A model generated the notes under the pieces. That model was given only the letters and a program-made list of their open reading frames with translations, did not search any database and was not told the DNA's origin. A DNA stretch of 64,000 nucleotides from a virus (taxonomy: Duplodnaviria; Heunggongvirae; Uroviricota; Caudoviricetes), in the IMG/VR virus record IMGVR_UViG_3300028025_004880, one strand, 5' to 3'. The position numbers and the translations under genes were made by a program. Of this stretch, positions 49,341 through 58,086 are shown piece by piece. How positions within the stretch are numbered: the stretch's first letter is position 1; each line of letters begins with the position of its first letter.

Positions 49341-50642
49341 ATGGATAGAACCGAACTACTTAAAAAATGGGCACCGATCCTCGATCACGAGTCAATGCCT
49401 GCTATTACCAATAACTACCGTAAGGAAGTTACTGCTGTTCTTTTAGAGAACCAAGAAAAAGCATTACAAGAAGAGCGTCAACAATTGTTTGAAACAGTTC
49501 CTGCTAACTTTAGCGGTACTGGTCTTTCACTTGGTGGTGCTGGCAATAACGCTAATATGGCTGGCTATGACCCAGTTCTTATCAGCCTAGTGCGTCGTGC
49601 TGCTCCACAAATGATCGCTTATGACATTTGCGGTGTACAACCAATGACACAACCAACAGGTCTAATCTTCGCAATGAAGAGCAAGTATAGCACACAAGGT
49701 GGTACTGAAGCTCTTTACAACGAAGCTGATACAGACTTCGCTGGTACAGGTACTCACGCTGGCGCTAACCCATACGCTGGTTCTTTCACAACTGGTACTG
49801 GTATGACTACTGCTAACGCAGAAGATCTAGGTGGCGCAAATACTTTCAACGAAATGGCATTCTCAATCGAGAAAACCAGCGTAGTTGCTAAGACTCGTGC
49901 TCTAAAAGCTGAATACTCAGTTGAACTAGCACAAGACTTGAAAGCTGTTCATGGTCTTGATGCTGAAGGCGAATTGTCAAGCATTCTTTCTACAGAAATT
50001 CTTGCTGAAATCAATCGCGAAGTTATCCGTACTGTATACAGTGGCGCTAAAGTTGGTGCTCAACAAGGTACTGCAACTGCAGGTATTTTCGACTTAGACG
50101 TTGACGCAAATGGTCGTTGGTCTGTTGAAAAATTCAAAGGCTTACTATTCCAAATCGAGCGTGAAGCAAATGCAATTGCCCAAACAACTCGTCGTGGTCG
50201 TGGTAACTTTATCATCTGTTCTAGCGACGTTGCTTCTGCAATGGCAATGGCAGGTGTTCTTGACTATACACCAGCTCTTGCTGGTAACAATGGCTTAAAT
50301 GTTGATGAGTCTTCAACAACATTCGCTGGTGTTCTAAATGGTCGTTACAAAGTATATGTTGATCCATATACTGTTGCTAACGCATCTGCAGGTACTGGTC
50401 AACAGTTCTTCGTAGTTGGCTATAAAGGCACTTCTGCTTTTGACGCTGGCTTGTTCTACTGCCCATACGTTCCATTACAATTGGTTCGTGCAGTTGATCC
50501 AGCTACTTTCCAACCAAAGATTGGTTTCAAGACTCGCTACGGCATGGTCTCAAATCCATTCGTTCAATTGGATGGTTCTGGCAACATGGTTGCTGGCGAG
50601 AACTACTACTACCGCAAAGTACGTGTAAACAACCTAATGTAA
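49341..50642 (+). CDS. gp23: major capsid protein gp23
   Basis: LLKKWAPILDHESMP...LLENQEK and LISLVRRAAPQMIAYDICGVQPMTQPTGLIFAMKSKY align to T4 gp23 LLNKWKPLLEGEGLP...IFENQEK and VMGMVRRAIPNLIAFDICGVQPMNSPTGQVFALRAVY. C-terminal FQPKIGFKTRYGMVSNPF aligns to FQPVMGFKTRYGIGINPF. Confidence 0.9.
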   Translation: MDRTELLKKWAPILDHESMPAITNNYRKEVTAVLLENQEKALQEERQQLFETVPANFSGTGLSLGGAGNNANMAGYDPVLISLVRRAAPQMIAYDICGVQPMTQPTGLIFAMKSKYSTQGGTEALYNEADTDFAGTGTHAGANPYAGSFTTGTGMTTANAEDLGGANTFNEMAFSIEKTSVVAKTRALKAEYSVELAQDLKAVHGLDAEGELSSILSTEILAEINREVIRTVYSGAKVGAQQGTATAGIFDLDVDANGRWSVEKFKGLLFQIEREANAIAQTTRRGRGNFIICSSDVASAMAMAGVLDYTPALAGNNGLNVDESSTTFAGVLNGRYKVYVDPYTVANASAGTGQQFFVVGYKGTSAFDAGLFYCPYVPLQLVRAVDPATFQPKIGFKTRYGMVSNPFVQLDGSGNMVAGENYYYRKVRVNNLM

Positions 50643-50673
50643 TTTTGGTTGAACCACCAATAAGAGTGGTATT

Positions 50674-50703
50674 TAAAAAGGTCTCTTCGGAGACCTTTTT
50701 TTT
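50674..50703 (+). terminator. rho-independent terminator after the capsid gene
   Basis: AAAAAGGTCTC-TTCG-GAGACCTTTTTTTTG. Perfect 6-bp GC stem extended by A:T pairs, UUCG tetraloop, T8 run. Confidence 0.8.
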
Positions 50704-50707
50704 GTCT

Positions 50708-50715
50708 TATAAATA
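50708..50715 (+). promoter_or_regulatory. T4-type late promoter box TATAAATA
   Basis: Exact TATAAATA directly after the terminator, 26 nt upstream of the ATG at 50741 (AGGAGA RBS). Confidence 0.5.
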
Positions 50716-50740
50716 TGTGTAAAGGTTAGGAGATAAAATA

Positions 50741-51274
50741 ATGACACAAAGCACTTATGGTACTGTACCAGACAATGTAAACTTCTTAAGTCCCAATGGA
50801 TTTAGATTTGAAATAAACAAATTACCAGATCTAACATTTTTCGCGCAAGAGGTAAACTTGCCTGGACTATCGCTAGGCGAGCCAGAGTTCGGCACACCTT
50901 TCGCACGTGTTCCAGTTCCTGGCGAAACACTCACGTATGATGCCTTTGAAATACGCTTTATTGTTGATGAAGAGATGGCAAATTATAAAGCCGTATATAA
51001 TTGGATGGTTGCATTAGGATTCCCTGAGTCATATACACAATATGTTAATTTGATTGATGAAGCGCAAATCGCAGCCATCAGTGAACTCGCTGCAAATTAT
51101 TCTGACGCACAGTTACAAATTTTATCAAACGTAAATACACCGAATCAAAGTGTTCAATTCTATGATTGTTTTCCAATAGCACTATCTTCTGTTGTGTTCC
51201 AATCAACAAACTCAGATGTGCCTTACGTAGTTGCAAATGCAACATTTAAATTCTCATATTACAAGTTCTTGTAA
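50741..51274 (+). CDS. tube-fold paralogue (177 aa), probably the gp3-position tail completion/sheath-stabiliser protein
   Basis: PNGFRFEINKLPDLTFFAQEVNLPGLSLGEPEFGTPFARVPVPGETLTYDAFEIRFIVDEEMANYKAVYNWM aligns to gp19 PNQFRVELSFPSYVTAGIIAGTRAQFLCKAAQLPAATIEDIPVQYRGRAVHVAGERTFAPWSVTIIND. Marine T4-likes carry g3 right after g23. Confidence 0.5.
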   Translation: MTQSTYGTVPDNVNFLSPNGFRFEINKLPDLTFFAQEVNLPGLSLGEPEFGTPFARVPVPGETLTYDAFEIRFIVDEEMANYKAVYNWMVALGFPESYTQYVNLIDEAQIAAISELAANYSDAQLQILSNVNTPNQSVQFYDCFPIALSSVVFQSTNSDVPYVVANATFKFSYYKFL

Positions 51275-51277
51275 TAC

Positions 51278-51306
51278 TTTACAATAATTGACTTTTCAGG
51301 TATAAT
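51278..51306 (+). promoter_or_regulatory. sigma70-type promoter (TTTACA-17-TATAAT) upstream of uvsY
   Basis: TTTACA at 51278-51283, 17-nt spacer, TATAAT at 51301-51306. GGAG RBS and ATG at 51331. Confidence 0.5.
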
Positions 51307-51330
51307 GGATATACCTATGGAGATTTTACT

Positions 51331-51768
51331 ATGAATATTGAACAGTTACAAGAGATGTGGGGTGTGGATTGTCAGATAGATGATGATCGACTGGACAAAG
51401 AAGCTGTCCGTACTCCCAACCTTCACTCTAAATACCTAAACATTCTAATCGCGAACAAGTTAAAACTTGCCAAAGTGAAGGCAGATTACAACACACTTAG
51501 ACAAGCAAAGTTTCGATACTATCGTGGCGAGATGGGTAAACAAGAATTAATCGAATTTGGGTGGGAACAATGGCAAGGTGCCAAACCATTGAAGAATGAG
51601 ATGGATGAGTTTCTATCAGGCGACCCTGACTTGAATAAAGAATTTATGAAAGTTGAGTATCTGTCAGCAATCATAACATTCAGTGAATCAATACTTGGGC
51701 AAATAAAATCAAGAGACTTTCAAATTAAAGGTGCTATTGATTGGAAGAAGTTTATTAGTGGTGCTTAA
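51331..51768 (+). CDS. uvsY: recombination mediator UvsY
   Basis: MNIEQLQEMW...SILGQIKSRDFQIKGAIDWKKFISGA aligns to T4 UvsY MRLEDLQEEL...GALDAIKSRGFAIKHIQDMRAFEAGK. 145 aa vs 137 aa. Confidence 0.85.
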   Translation: MNIEQLQEMWGVDCQIDDDRLDKEAVRTPNLHSKYLNILIANKLKLAKVKADYNTLRQAKFRYYRGEMGKQELIEFGWEQWQGAKPLKNEMDEFLSGDPDLNKEFMKVEYLSAIITFSESILGQIKSRDFQIKGAIDWKKFISGA

Positions 51769-53252
51769 TGAAATTAAAAATTGAGAAGATTGATCATGTT
51801 TATGTAAGAGTTCTTTCAGAAGATGAAGGAATCTTATATGAACTCTCTGAGTTCTTTACCTATGAGTATCCAGGAGCAAGGTTTACGCCACAATATCGTG
51901 CTAAACTTTGGGATGGGAAAGTGCGCATGTATGATATTATGCGTAAGACTCTATACGTGGGCTTAGTAAAATATGTTGAAAGTTTTGCTCTAGAACGTGG
52001 ATATGAACTGGAGTTTGTCAATCAAGTAATTACTCACACTGATGTCGATATCGATACAGTTTCTAAGTTTGCTGAATGGCTAACGCCAATGGGTCATGGT
52101 AACCCTATTGAGATTAGAGATTATCAACTGGAAGCAGTACATAAAGCAATACATGATGAGCGTACATTATTGCTATCACCAACGGCATCTGGAAAATCTT
52201 TTATCATTTATACTACCATGAGGTGGCATTTAAATGAAGGCAGAAAACAAATTATCATTGTTCCAACTACATCTTTAGTTGAGCAACTTTACACTGACTT
52301 TGCCGACTACTCATCTGCTAATGGATGGAGAGTTGATAAACATTGCCAGAAACTTTATTCTGGTTTCCCAAAAGAATTTACCTCAGACGTATTGATCACT
52401 ACTTGGCAATCTATCTACAAACAGCCAAAGAGTTGGTTTCAACAATTCGATGTAATCTATGGTGACGAAGCGCACCAATTCAAAGCAAAATCCTTAACTA
52501 CTATAATGGAAAAACTTACTGATGTAAGATATAGGATTGGAACAACTGGAACATTAGATAATAAGAAAGTCCATAAATTAGTCTTAGAAGGTATATTTGG
52601 TCCAGTACATCGTGTAACTACAACCAAAGCATTAATGGACAGTCAGAGACTGGCAAACCTAAATATTACGTGTATCTTGTTGAAGTACGATGACATAACA
52701 AGACAAGGTCGAAAGAACAATCAATATCAAGATGAAATAGACTTTATCGTTTCACATACTAAGCGAAACAATTTTATTGCAAATATAGCATTAAAGTCAA
52801 CAGGGAACACCTTAGTATTGTTTCAGTTTGTTGAGAAGCATGGAAAGTTGTTATATGATCTCATTAAGGAAAAGGCGCACTCTGAAAGAAAAATATTTTT
52901 CGTTTATGGTGGCACTGAAACAACTGATCGTGAAGCGATTAGACATATTACCGAAGGTGAAACAGACGCTATTATTATCGCATCCTTTGGGACTTTTTCG
53001 ACTGGTATTAACATACCTTCATTGGAAAATGTTATCTTCGCTTCGCCATCTAAAAGTAAAATAAGAAACCTGCAAAGTATTGGTCGTGGTTTGAGGTTGA
53101 AAGATGGTAAGACGTCTTGTAATTTATATGATATCGCTGACGACCTTTCATGGAAGTCATGGAAGAATCATACATTGCACCACTTTGCTGAAAGAGTAAA
53201 AATATATTCTGAGGAGAAATTTGATTACAAATTAATAGAGGTTAAGATATGA
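51768..53252 (+). CDS. uvsW: UvsW RNA-DNA / DNA helicase (SF2, DEAH)
   Basis: Walker A SPTASGKSF at about 52168-52200, DEAH box YGDEAHQF, helicase C-terminal motifs (QSIGRGLR). Canonical uvsY-uvsW synteny. ATGA overlap with uvsY. Confidence 0.8.
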   Translation: MKLKIEKIDHVYVRVLSEDEGILYELSEFFTYEYPGARFTPQYRAKLWDGKVRMYDIMRKTLYVGLVKYVESFALERGYELEFVNQVITHTDVDIDTVSKFAEWLTPMGHGNPIEIRDYQLEAVHKAIHDERTLLLSPTASGKSFIIYTTMRWHLNEGRKQIIIVPTTSLVEQLYTDFADYSSANGWRVDKHCQKLYSGFPKEFTSDVLITTWQSIYKQPKSWFQQFDVIYGDEAHQFKAKSLTTIMEKLTDVRYRIGTTGTLDNKKVHKLVLEGIFGPVHRVTTTKALMDSQRLANLNITCILLKYDDITRQGRKNNQYQDEIDFIVSHTKRNNFIANIALKSTGNTLVLFQFVEKHGKLLYDLIKEKAHSERKIFFVYGGTETTDREAIRHITEGETDAIIIASFGTFSTGINIPSLENVIFASPSKSKIRNLQSIGRGLRLKDGKTSCNLYDIADDLSWKSWKNHTLHHFAERVKIYSEEKFDYKLIEVKI

Positions 53253-53647
53253 CCACAGAACAAGAAGAAAAATTTGTATTTTTAAAGTTGTATAATGGCG
53301 AACAAGTTATGGCTGAAAAGATATTCGAAAATAATGAACTCATAACAGTTGAGTCTCCATTTTTAATACGCTTGATACCTAGACTTGAACCACAGGGGTT
53401 GGTTGAGCAAATTACGTCGGGTCCATATTGCCAATTTACAGAAGATAAATCGTTTACCTTCTTAAAGAAAGATTTGTTGTTTTCCAAACCACTGCACTCT
53501 TTTATGATTCCCGTCTATAAGAAAATGTCGTTAGATCATGATGGCGATCAAGAGGCGATACATTTTCGGGGGAAACAAGAGGAAGAGATAGAAGAAGATC
53601 CAGATGATCAGTTAATAGTTATGAACTCTAATGATACATTACATTAA
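53249..53647 (+). CDS. hypothetical protein (132 aa), acidic C-terminus (uvsW.1 position)
   Basis: ORF overlapping the uvsW stop by ATGA. Confidence 0.45.
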   Translation: MTTEQEEKFVFLKLYNGEQVMAEKIFENNELITVESPFLIRLIPRLEPQGLVEQITSGPYCQFTEDKSFTFLKKDLLFSKPLHSFMIPVYKKMSLDHDGDQEAIHFRGKQEEEIEEDPDDQLIVMNSNDTLH

Positions 53648-53787
53648 CCTTATCAACCCTAACACAGTTAGTATACCTCGTGTCAAGTATGGAAGCAAAT
53701 ATATTAGTTTGTAACATAAATTTGCTTTTAAGTTTATATTATAATATAATGATTGTAGTTAGAAAATGAACCAAGGATGAATATGAT

Positions 53788-54321
53788 ATGGCAACACACT
53801 ACGTAAATAACGCTGAACTGCTACAGGCATTGATTGCATGGAAGGCGCAAATTGCAGAAGCGCAGGCAGCAGGAACTACTGAGCCAAGGATCCCTGAGTA
53901 TGTTGGAAAATGCATACTACAGATTGCGACTCGGTTGTCGTATAAACCAAACTTCTTAAATTATACATATCGTGAAGAGATGATTAGTGATGGGATAGAA
54001 AATTGTATACAATATGTTCGAAACTTTGACCCCACAAAATCTTCTAATCCTTTCGCCTATTTTACACAGATTATATGGTATGCTTTTTTACGAAGGATTC
54101 AAAAAGAAAAGAAGCAAAACTATGTGAAGCAAAAAATGATTCAAGAAATGCCCTTTGAATCGTTTGAACTGCAAGAGCATGATGGAGATGGCATATATAA
54201 TAATGCGTATGTTGATTATTTACAGATGAACAACAATACAGAACAATTACCAACAAAACCGAAGAAATCTAAAAAGCGTTCAACGCTAGAGGACTTCACT
54301 GAAGGAGAACTAAATGGCTAA
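53788..54321 (+). CDS. gp55: late-transcription sigma factor gp55
   Basis: YVNNAELLQALIAWKAQI...ISDGIENCIQYVRNFDPTKSSNPFAYFTQIIWYAFLRRIQKEKKQ aligns to T4 gp55 YVNNKELLQAIIDWKTEL...[45 protein letters not shown]. Confidence 0.9.
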   Translation: MATHYVNNAELLQALIAWKAQIAEAQAAGTTEPRIPEYVGKCILQIATRLSYKPNFLNYTYREEMISDGIENCIQYVRNFDPTKSSNPFAYFTQIIWYAFLRRIQKEKKQNYVKQKMIQEMPFESFELQEHDGDGIYNNAYVDYLQMNNNTEQLPTKPKKSKKRSTLEDFTEGELNG

Positions 54322-54508
54322 GACTAAAACATATAAAATTTATCACAATGGTGCATTTGTTCCATGTACATACCTAAAAGATTCAGAGACTATGGGTCGT
54401 GCTTGGATCGAGTATGATCACGTTGAAGATGACGAAGAAGGTGTACCTAAAGAAGCTGTAAAGCGCACTTTACATGTAGAGATTTCGGAACTACAAATTA
54501 CTGAATAA
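54314..54508 (+). CDS. small acidic protein (64 aa)
   Basis: ORF overlapping the gp55 stop; AGGAGAACTAAATGG RBS. Confidence 0.4.
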   Translation: MAKTKTYKIYHNGAFVPCTYLKDSETMGRAWIEYDHVEDDEEGVPKEAVKRTLHVEISELQITE

Positions 54509-54525
54509 TTAGGTAGGTTTATATT

Positions 54526-55599
54526 ATGAAGACTGCGATTATAACCGATCAGCATTTCGGCGCACGTAATGACTCATTGGTTTTTCTATCTTACTATGAG
54601 AAGTTTTATAATGATGTGTTCTTTCCTAAGTTAAAAGAGGAAGGCATCACAACATTACTAATCCTTGGTGATACATTTGATCGCCGTAAGTATGTAAATT
54701 TCTTCACACTCAAGAAAACAAAGCAGATGTTTTTTGATAGGTTGGAAGAAATGGGCATAACTGTTTATATGCTTGCAGGCAATCATGACACTTACTTTAA
54801 AAACACCAATGATGTAAACTCAGTTGACTTATTATTAGCTGAATACACTAATGTCAATGTTATCGATACACCACAAACTATCCACTTAGATTACGGCAAC
54901 ACTGCTGCTGATGTTTGCATGGTTCCTTGGATTTGTGCCGATAACTATGAAAGAGCAATAGATGAGATGACTAACACAAGCGCACATTTGTGTATGGGTC
55001 ACTTTGAGATTGCTGGATTTGCTATGTATCGTGGTATGGAAAGTCATGAAGGTCTAGATCCGTCTCTCTTTAAAAAGTTCGACAAGACTTTCAGCGGACA
55101 TTACCATCACCGCAGTAGTAAAGATAATATCACTTATCTAGGAAACCCATATGAACTTACATGGCAGGATTACAACGATCCTCGTGGTTTCCATATTTTT
55201 GATGTAAACAGTCAAGAATTGACATTCATTCAAAACCCCTATACTATGTTCGATCGTTATGAATATGATGACAGCACTACAGAAGCAGAAACACTTGACG
55301 TAAGTAGATTCGCTGAAAAGTTTGTCAAGATTATTGTTGTAAACAAAGCAGACTTTTACAAGTTTGACAAATTCCTCTCAAGAGTATATACTAATAATCC
55401 TCCACCGTATGAAGTAAAAATTATTGAAGATTTTTCTGCTTTTAACGAAGGAGAAGTATCTTCTGAAATTAATCTTGAAGATACGCAAACAGTATTAAGC
55501 GAATACATCGATTCAATTGAAACTGATCTTGACAAAGAAAAAATCAAAACCTTTGTCAAAACACTTTATACGGAAGCAATTAATATAGAGGTGGTATAA
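54526..55599 (+). CDS. gp47: recombination endonuclease subunit gp47 (Mre11/SbcD-like)
   Basis: Calcineurin-like phosphoesterase motifs: ITDQHFG (D-x-H), LGDTFDRR (GD-x-x-D), AGNHD (GNHD), GHFE (GH). Confidence 0.85.
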   Translation: MKTAIITDQHFGARNDSLVFLSYYEKFYNDVFFPKLKEEGITTLLILGDTFDRRKYVNFFTLKKTKQMFFDRLEEMGITVYMLAGNHDTYFKNTNDVNSVDLLLAEYTNVNVIDTPQTIHLDYGNTAADVCMVPWICADNYERAIDEMTNTSAHLCMGHFEIAGFAMYRGMESHEGLDPSLFKKFDKTFSGHYHHRSSKDNITYLGNPYELTWQDYNDPRGFHIFDVNSQELTFIQNPYTMFDRYEYDDSTTEAETLDVSRFAEKFVKIIVVNKADFYKFDKFLSRVYTNNPPPYEVKIIEDFSAFNEGEVSSEINLEDTQTVLSEYIDSIETDLDKEKIKTFVKTLYTEAINIEVV

Positions 55600-55889
55600 T
55601 GCGACAACTTGAGATTCAGTATTTTTATCCTTTGACGGAACAGATTCCACTTGAGTTAGATTATACTGAATGCGTCAAACCTAAAATGTGGACTACCATT
55701 GATTCAGGATTGACGTTGACACTATCTAATAGTGTTGTTGGAACAGTGGGTATGTCAAATAATCTTGGTAACCCATCCTTTACTATTAATGTTGATGCTA
55801 CACCGATTACTATTGTGTCAAAAAAGAAACCCAACTTTGTGAAGAAATTCATTTATAAATCGTTGGGTATGAAATGGAAGAGTGAATGA
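55599..55889 (+). CDS. hypothetical protein (96 aa) between gp47 and gp46
   Basis: ORF coupled to its neighbours by ATAATG and ATGA overlaps. Confidence 0.4.
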   Translation: MRQLEIQYFYPLTEQIPLELDYTECVKPKMWTTIDSGLTLTLSNSVVGTVGMSNNLGNPSFTINVDATPITIVSKKKPNFVKKFIYKSLGMKWKSE

Positions 55890-57598
55890 TTTTACTAAAA
55901 AGCGTACAGTGGAAAAACTTCTTATCAACTGGTAACTCCGAAAATAAAGTCCTATTAAACAGATCGCCTTCAACATTGATTGTTGGAAAAAATGGCGAAG
56001 GTAAATCTACTATACTTGATGCCCTGTGTTTTGGTCTTTTCGGTAAACCATTTCGTAATGTAAATAAGAACCAATTAATCAACAGTATAAATTTAAAAAA
56101 CACTGTTGTTGAAATTGAGTTTAGCGTTGGATCAACTGAGTATAAAATAATTCGTGGTATCAAACCAAATATCTTTGAGATCTATCAAGCATCTACTTTA
56201 CTCAATCAAGACTCTGCATCAAAAGATTATCAAAAAATCCTTGAACAGCAGATCCTAAAATTAAACTATAAAACATTCACTCAAGTAGTCATATTGGGGA
56301 GCGCATCGTTTGTTCCTTTTATGCAACTACCATCGACACAGCGCAAGGATGTGATTGAAGATATTTTGGATATTCGTATCTTCTCAACAATGAACACGCT
56401 ACTAAAAGACAAAGCATCTAAATCTAAGATGGAGTTGATAAACGTAGATAGTGCTATCGCAAAATCAAGAGTGGAAGTTGAGTCTCAACAGAAACTCATT
56501 AAGACGCTGGTTCAGTCTAAACAAGAATATCTGTTGTCAGTGCAACAAAAGATTACATCTAACAATGATCAGATAGCCAAGATTTCTTTAGATATCAGCG
56601 CAACAAATGAAAAGATCAAAACTCTTCGCGATAGCATAGCTGATTGTACTCAGGTTGAAGAAGGTATCGAAAAGTTGCTCAATTCTTTGAATAGAAAAAA
56701 AGAAAAGAACTCTGAGATTGTTACAAACATAGACTTCTTTGAGAGCAATGATAATTGTCCATCATGCGCACAAAATATACCGCATGAGCATAAGCAATCT
56801 ATCGTTGAAACTATGCGTAACGAAACCCAAAACAATAAAGAATTTATTGAGAAAGTGGATACTGCTCTTTCTGGGATGCGCCAACGTATGGCTGAGATCA
56901 AAAAAGTTCAAGATGAAATTATGAAACTTACAACTGAGGTTTCTTCATTCAACTCATCGATTACCTTGTTAAACACACAGAACTCATCATACCAAACCGA
57001 GATAACAGGTGCCAACGAAAACACATCAAACATCGATGAGGAAAAGACTAAGTTAAAACAACTTGCTTCCACAGCACTTGAAAACATAGAGTTGAAAACA
57101 GCCATCTTAGAACAAAGAAATCTAGAAGAAGTTGCAGCAACATTGTTGAAAGACACTGGTATTAAAACTGCAATCATTCGTGAGTATTTACCTGCGATGA
57201 ATAAGATGATCAACATGTATTTACAAGCGATGGACTTCTTTGTGCACTTTGAACTTGATGAATCCTTTAATGAAATTATCAAGTCACGCTATCGCGATGA
57301 GTTTACCTATGCAAGTTTCTCTGAAGGTGAGAAAATGCGTATCGATCTTGCGATCTTATTCACTTGGCGCCAAATCGCTAAGATGAAGAACTCTGTCAAC
57401 ACAAACTTACTTGTGCTTGATGAGATCTTCGATTCATCCCTTGACGCATCGGGAACTGACTACTTCCTCAATGTCATGACACATCTGGGCGAAAACACCA
57501 ACACTTTCGTCATCAGCCACAAAGGCGACCAGCTCTTCGATAAATTCCGTAACGTAATCAAATTCGAAAAACGAAACGACTTCTCAGTTATCGTTTGA
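55886..57598 (+). CDS. gp46: recombination endonuclease subunit gp46 (Rad50/SbcC-like ABC ATPase)
   Basis: N-terminal Walker A LIVGKNGEGKSTILDALCFGLFG, a central coiled-coil with a CPSC zinc hook (NDNCPSCAQN), C-terminal signature FSEGEKMRIDLAILF and Walker B/D-loop LLVLDEIFDSSLD. Confidence 0.9.
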   Translation: MILLKSVQWKNFLSTGNSENKVLLNRSPSTLIVGKNGEGKSTILDALCFGLFGKPFRNVNKNQLINSINLKNTVVEIEFSVGSTEYKIIRGIKPNIFEIYQASTLLNQDSASKDYQKILEQQILKLNYKTFTQVVILGSASFVPFMQLPSTQRKDVIEDILDIRIFSTMNTLLKDKASKSKMELINVDSAIAKSRVEVESQQKLIKTLVQSKQEYLLSVQQKITSNNDQIAKISLDISATNEKIKTLRDSIADCTQVEEGIEKLLNSLNRKKEKNSEIVTNIDFFESNDNCPSCAQNIPHEHKQSIVETMRNETQNNKEFIEKVDTALSGMRQRMAEIKKVQDEIMKLTTEVSSFNSSITLLNTQNSSYQTEITGANENTSNIDEEKTKLKQLASTALENIELKTAILEQRNLEEVAATLLKDTGIKTAIIREYLPAMNKMINMYLQAMDFFVHFELDESFNEIIKSRYRDEFTYASFSEGEKMRIDLAILFTWRQIAKMKNSVNTNLLVLDEIFDSSLDASGTDYFLNVMTHLGENTNTFVISHKGDQLFDKFRNVIKFEKRNDFSVIV

Positions 57599-57623
57599 CA
57601 TTAATTTGGAAATAAGGTATAAT
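57595..57623 (+). promoter_or_regulatory. sigma70-type early promoter cassette P1 (TTGACA-17-TATAAT)
   Basis: TTGACA at 57595-57600 overlapping the gp46 stop codon, 17-nt spacer TTAATTTGGAAATAAGG, TATAAT at 57618-57623. GGAG RBS and ATG at 57646. Confidence 0.65.
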
Positions 57624-57645
57624 TGTCTTTTCAATGGAGATAACT

Positions 57646-57792
57646 ATGCCTATTTTTGAGACCGACTTAGATTATATAGAATTCTTAGACTTCTTAGCTA
57701 CCCTCTCGGTAGAGGGGGAAACCTTTGAAATTTGTCTTAATGCTCTAAAACTTCAAACAGCGCTACAAGAGTGTTACGGTAAACCCCTATGA
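57646..57792 (+). CDS. small early protein (48 aa)
   Basis: ATG with a GGAG RBS 7 nt upstream, directly downstream of P1. Translation MPIFETDLDYIEFLDFLATLSVEGETFEICLNALKLQTALQECYGKPL. Followed by an 8-bp GC hairpin (AACCCCTA...TAGGGGTT, 57782-57803). Below the 60-aa track threshold. Confidence 0.35.
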   Translation: MPIFETDLDYIEFLDFLATLSVEGETFEICLNALKLQTALQECYGKPL

Positions 57793-57838
57793 TCTTAGGG
57801 GTTAAAATCCCCTTTAAAATCAACGACTTACAAAGTGC

Positions 57839-57867
57839 TTTACTTTAATTCAGCTTTCATGTATAAT
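57839..57867 (+). promoter_or_regulatory. sigma70-type early promoter cassette P2 (TTTACT-17-TATAAT)
   Basis: AAGTGCTTTACTTTAATTC shares the AAGTGCTTgACtTTAATT core of P4/P6. TATAAT at 57862-57867. AGGAG RBS and ATG at 57894. Confidence 0.5.
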
Positions 57868-57893
57868 TATGTTATATTATGAAGGAGTTGACT

Positions 57894-58055
57894 ATGAATG
57901 AGCAATGGGAGTCTTTTACTGACAACGAACTGTATATCCTCTGTTTTGGATATGGTATTGAATCTGAGTGCGTTATGCTTGGATCTCGTCTGATGAATCG
58001 CGGACACGTAGAACTTGTGTTGACGAACTTCGAACGTGATTTGGCTTTCGCTTGA
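57894..58055 (+). CDS. small early protein (53 aa)
   Basis: AGGAG RBS then ATG. MNEQWESFTDNELYILCFGYGIESECVMLGSRLMNRGHVELVLTNFERDLAFA. Its stop codon is embedded in the -35 of the next promoter. Confidence 0.35.
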   Translation: MNEQWESFTDNELYILCFGYGIESECVMLGSRLMNRGHVELVLTNFERDLAFA

Positions 58056-58080
58056 CATTAATTCAAGGATCAGGTATAAT
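58052..58080 (+). promoter_or_regulatory. sigma70-type early promoter cassette P3 (TTGACA-17-TATAAT)
   Basis: TTGACA at 58052-58057, spacer TTAATTCAAGGATCAGG, TATAAT at 58075-58080. Near-identical to P6 (61889..). ATG at 58087 is only 7 nt downstream, so the mRNA may be leaderless. Confidence 0.65.
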
Positions 58081-58086
58081 TATATT

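Noticed and set aside
50655-50670. Short hairpin ACCAC-CAATAAGA-GTGGT just upstream of the gp23 terminator
   Set aside because: Only 5 bp with a long loop, and it lies directly before a much stronger canonical terminator. Probably incidental.
53648-53787. 140-nt intergenic gap before gp55 examined for a tRNA or small RNA
   Set aside because: No GTTCRANYC T-loop or acceptor-stem complementarity. It is AT-rich with TTGTAA/TATAAT-like hexamers, more consistent with a weak early/middle promoter for gp55. Spacing is ambiguous, so not called.
57782-57803. 8-bp GC hairpin (AACCCCTA-TGATCT-TAGGGGTT) after the 48-aa ORF, considered as a terminator
   Set aside because: There is no downstream U-run (TTAAAATCCCC follows). 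It may be an RNA stability element, a pause site or a factor-binding site. Left in the notes, not called as a terminator.
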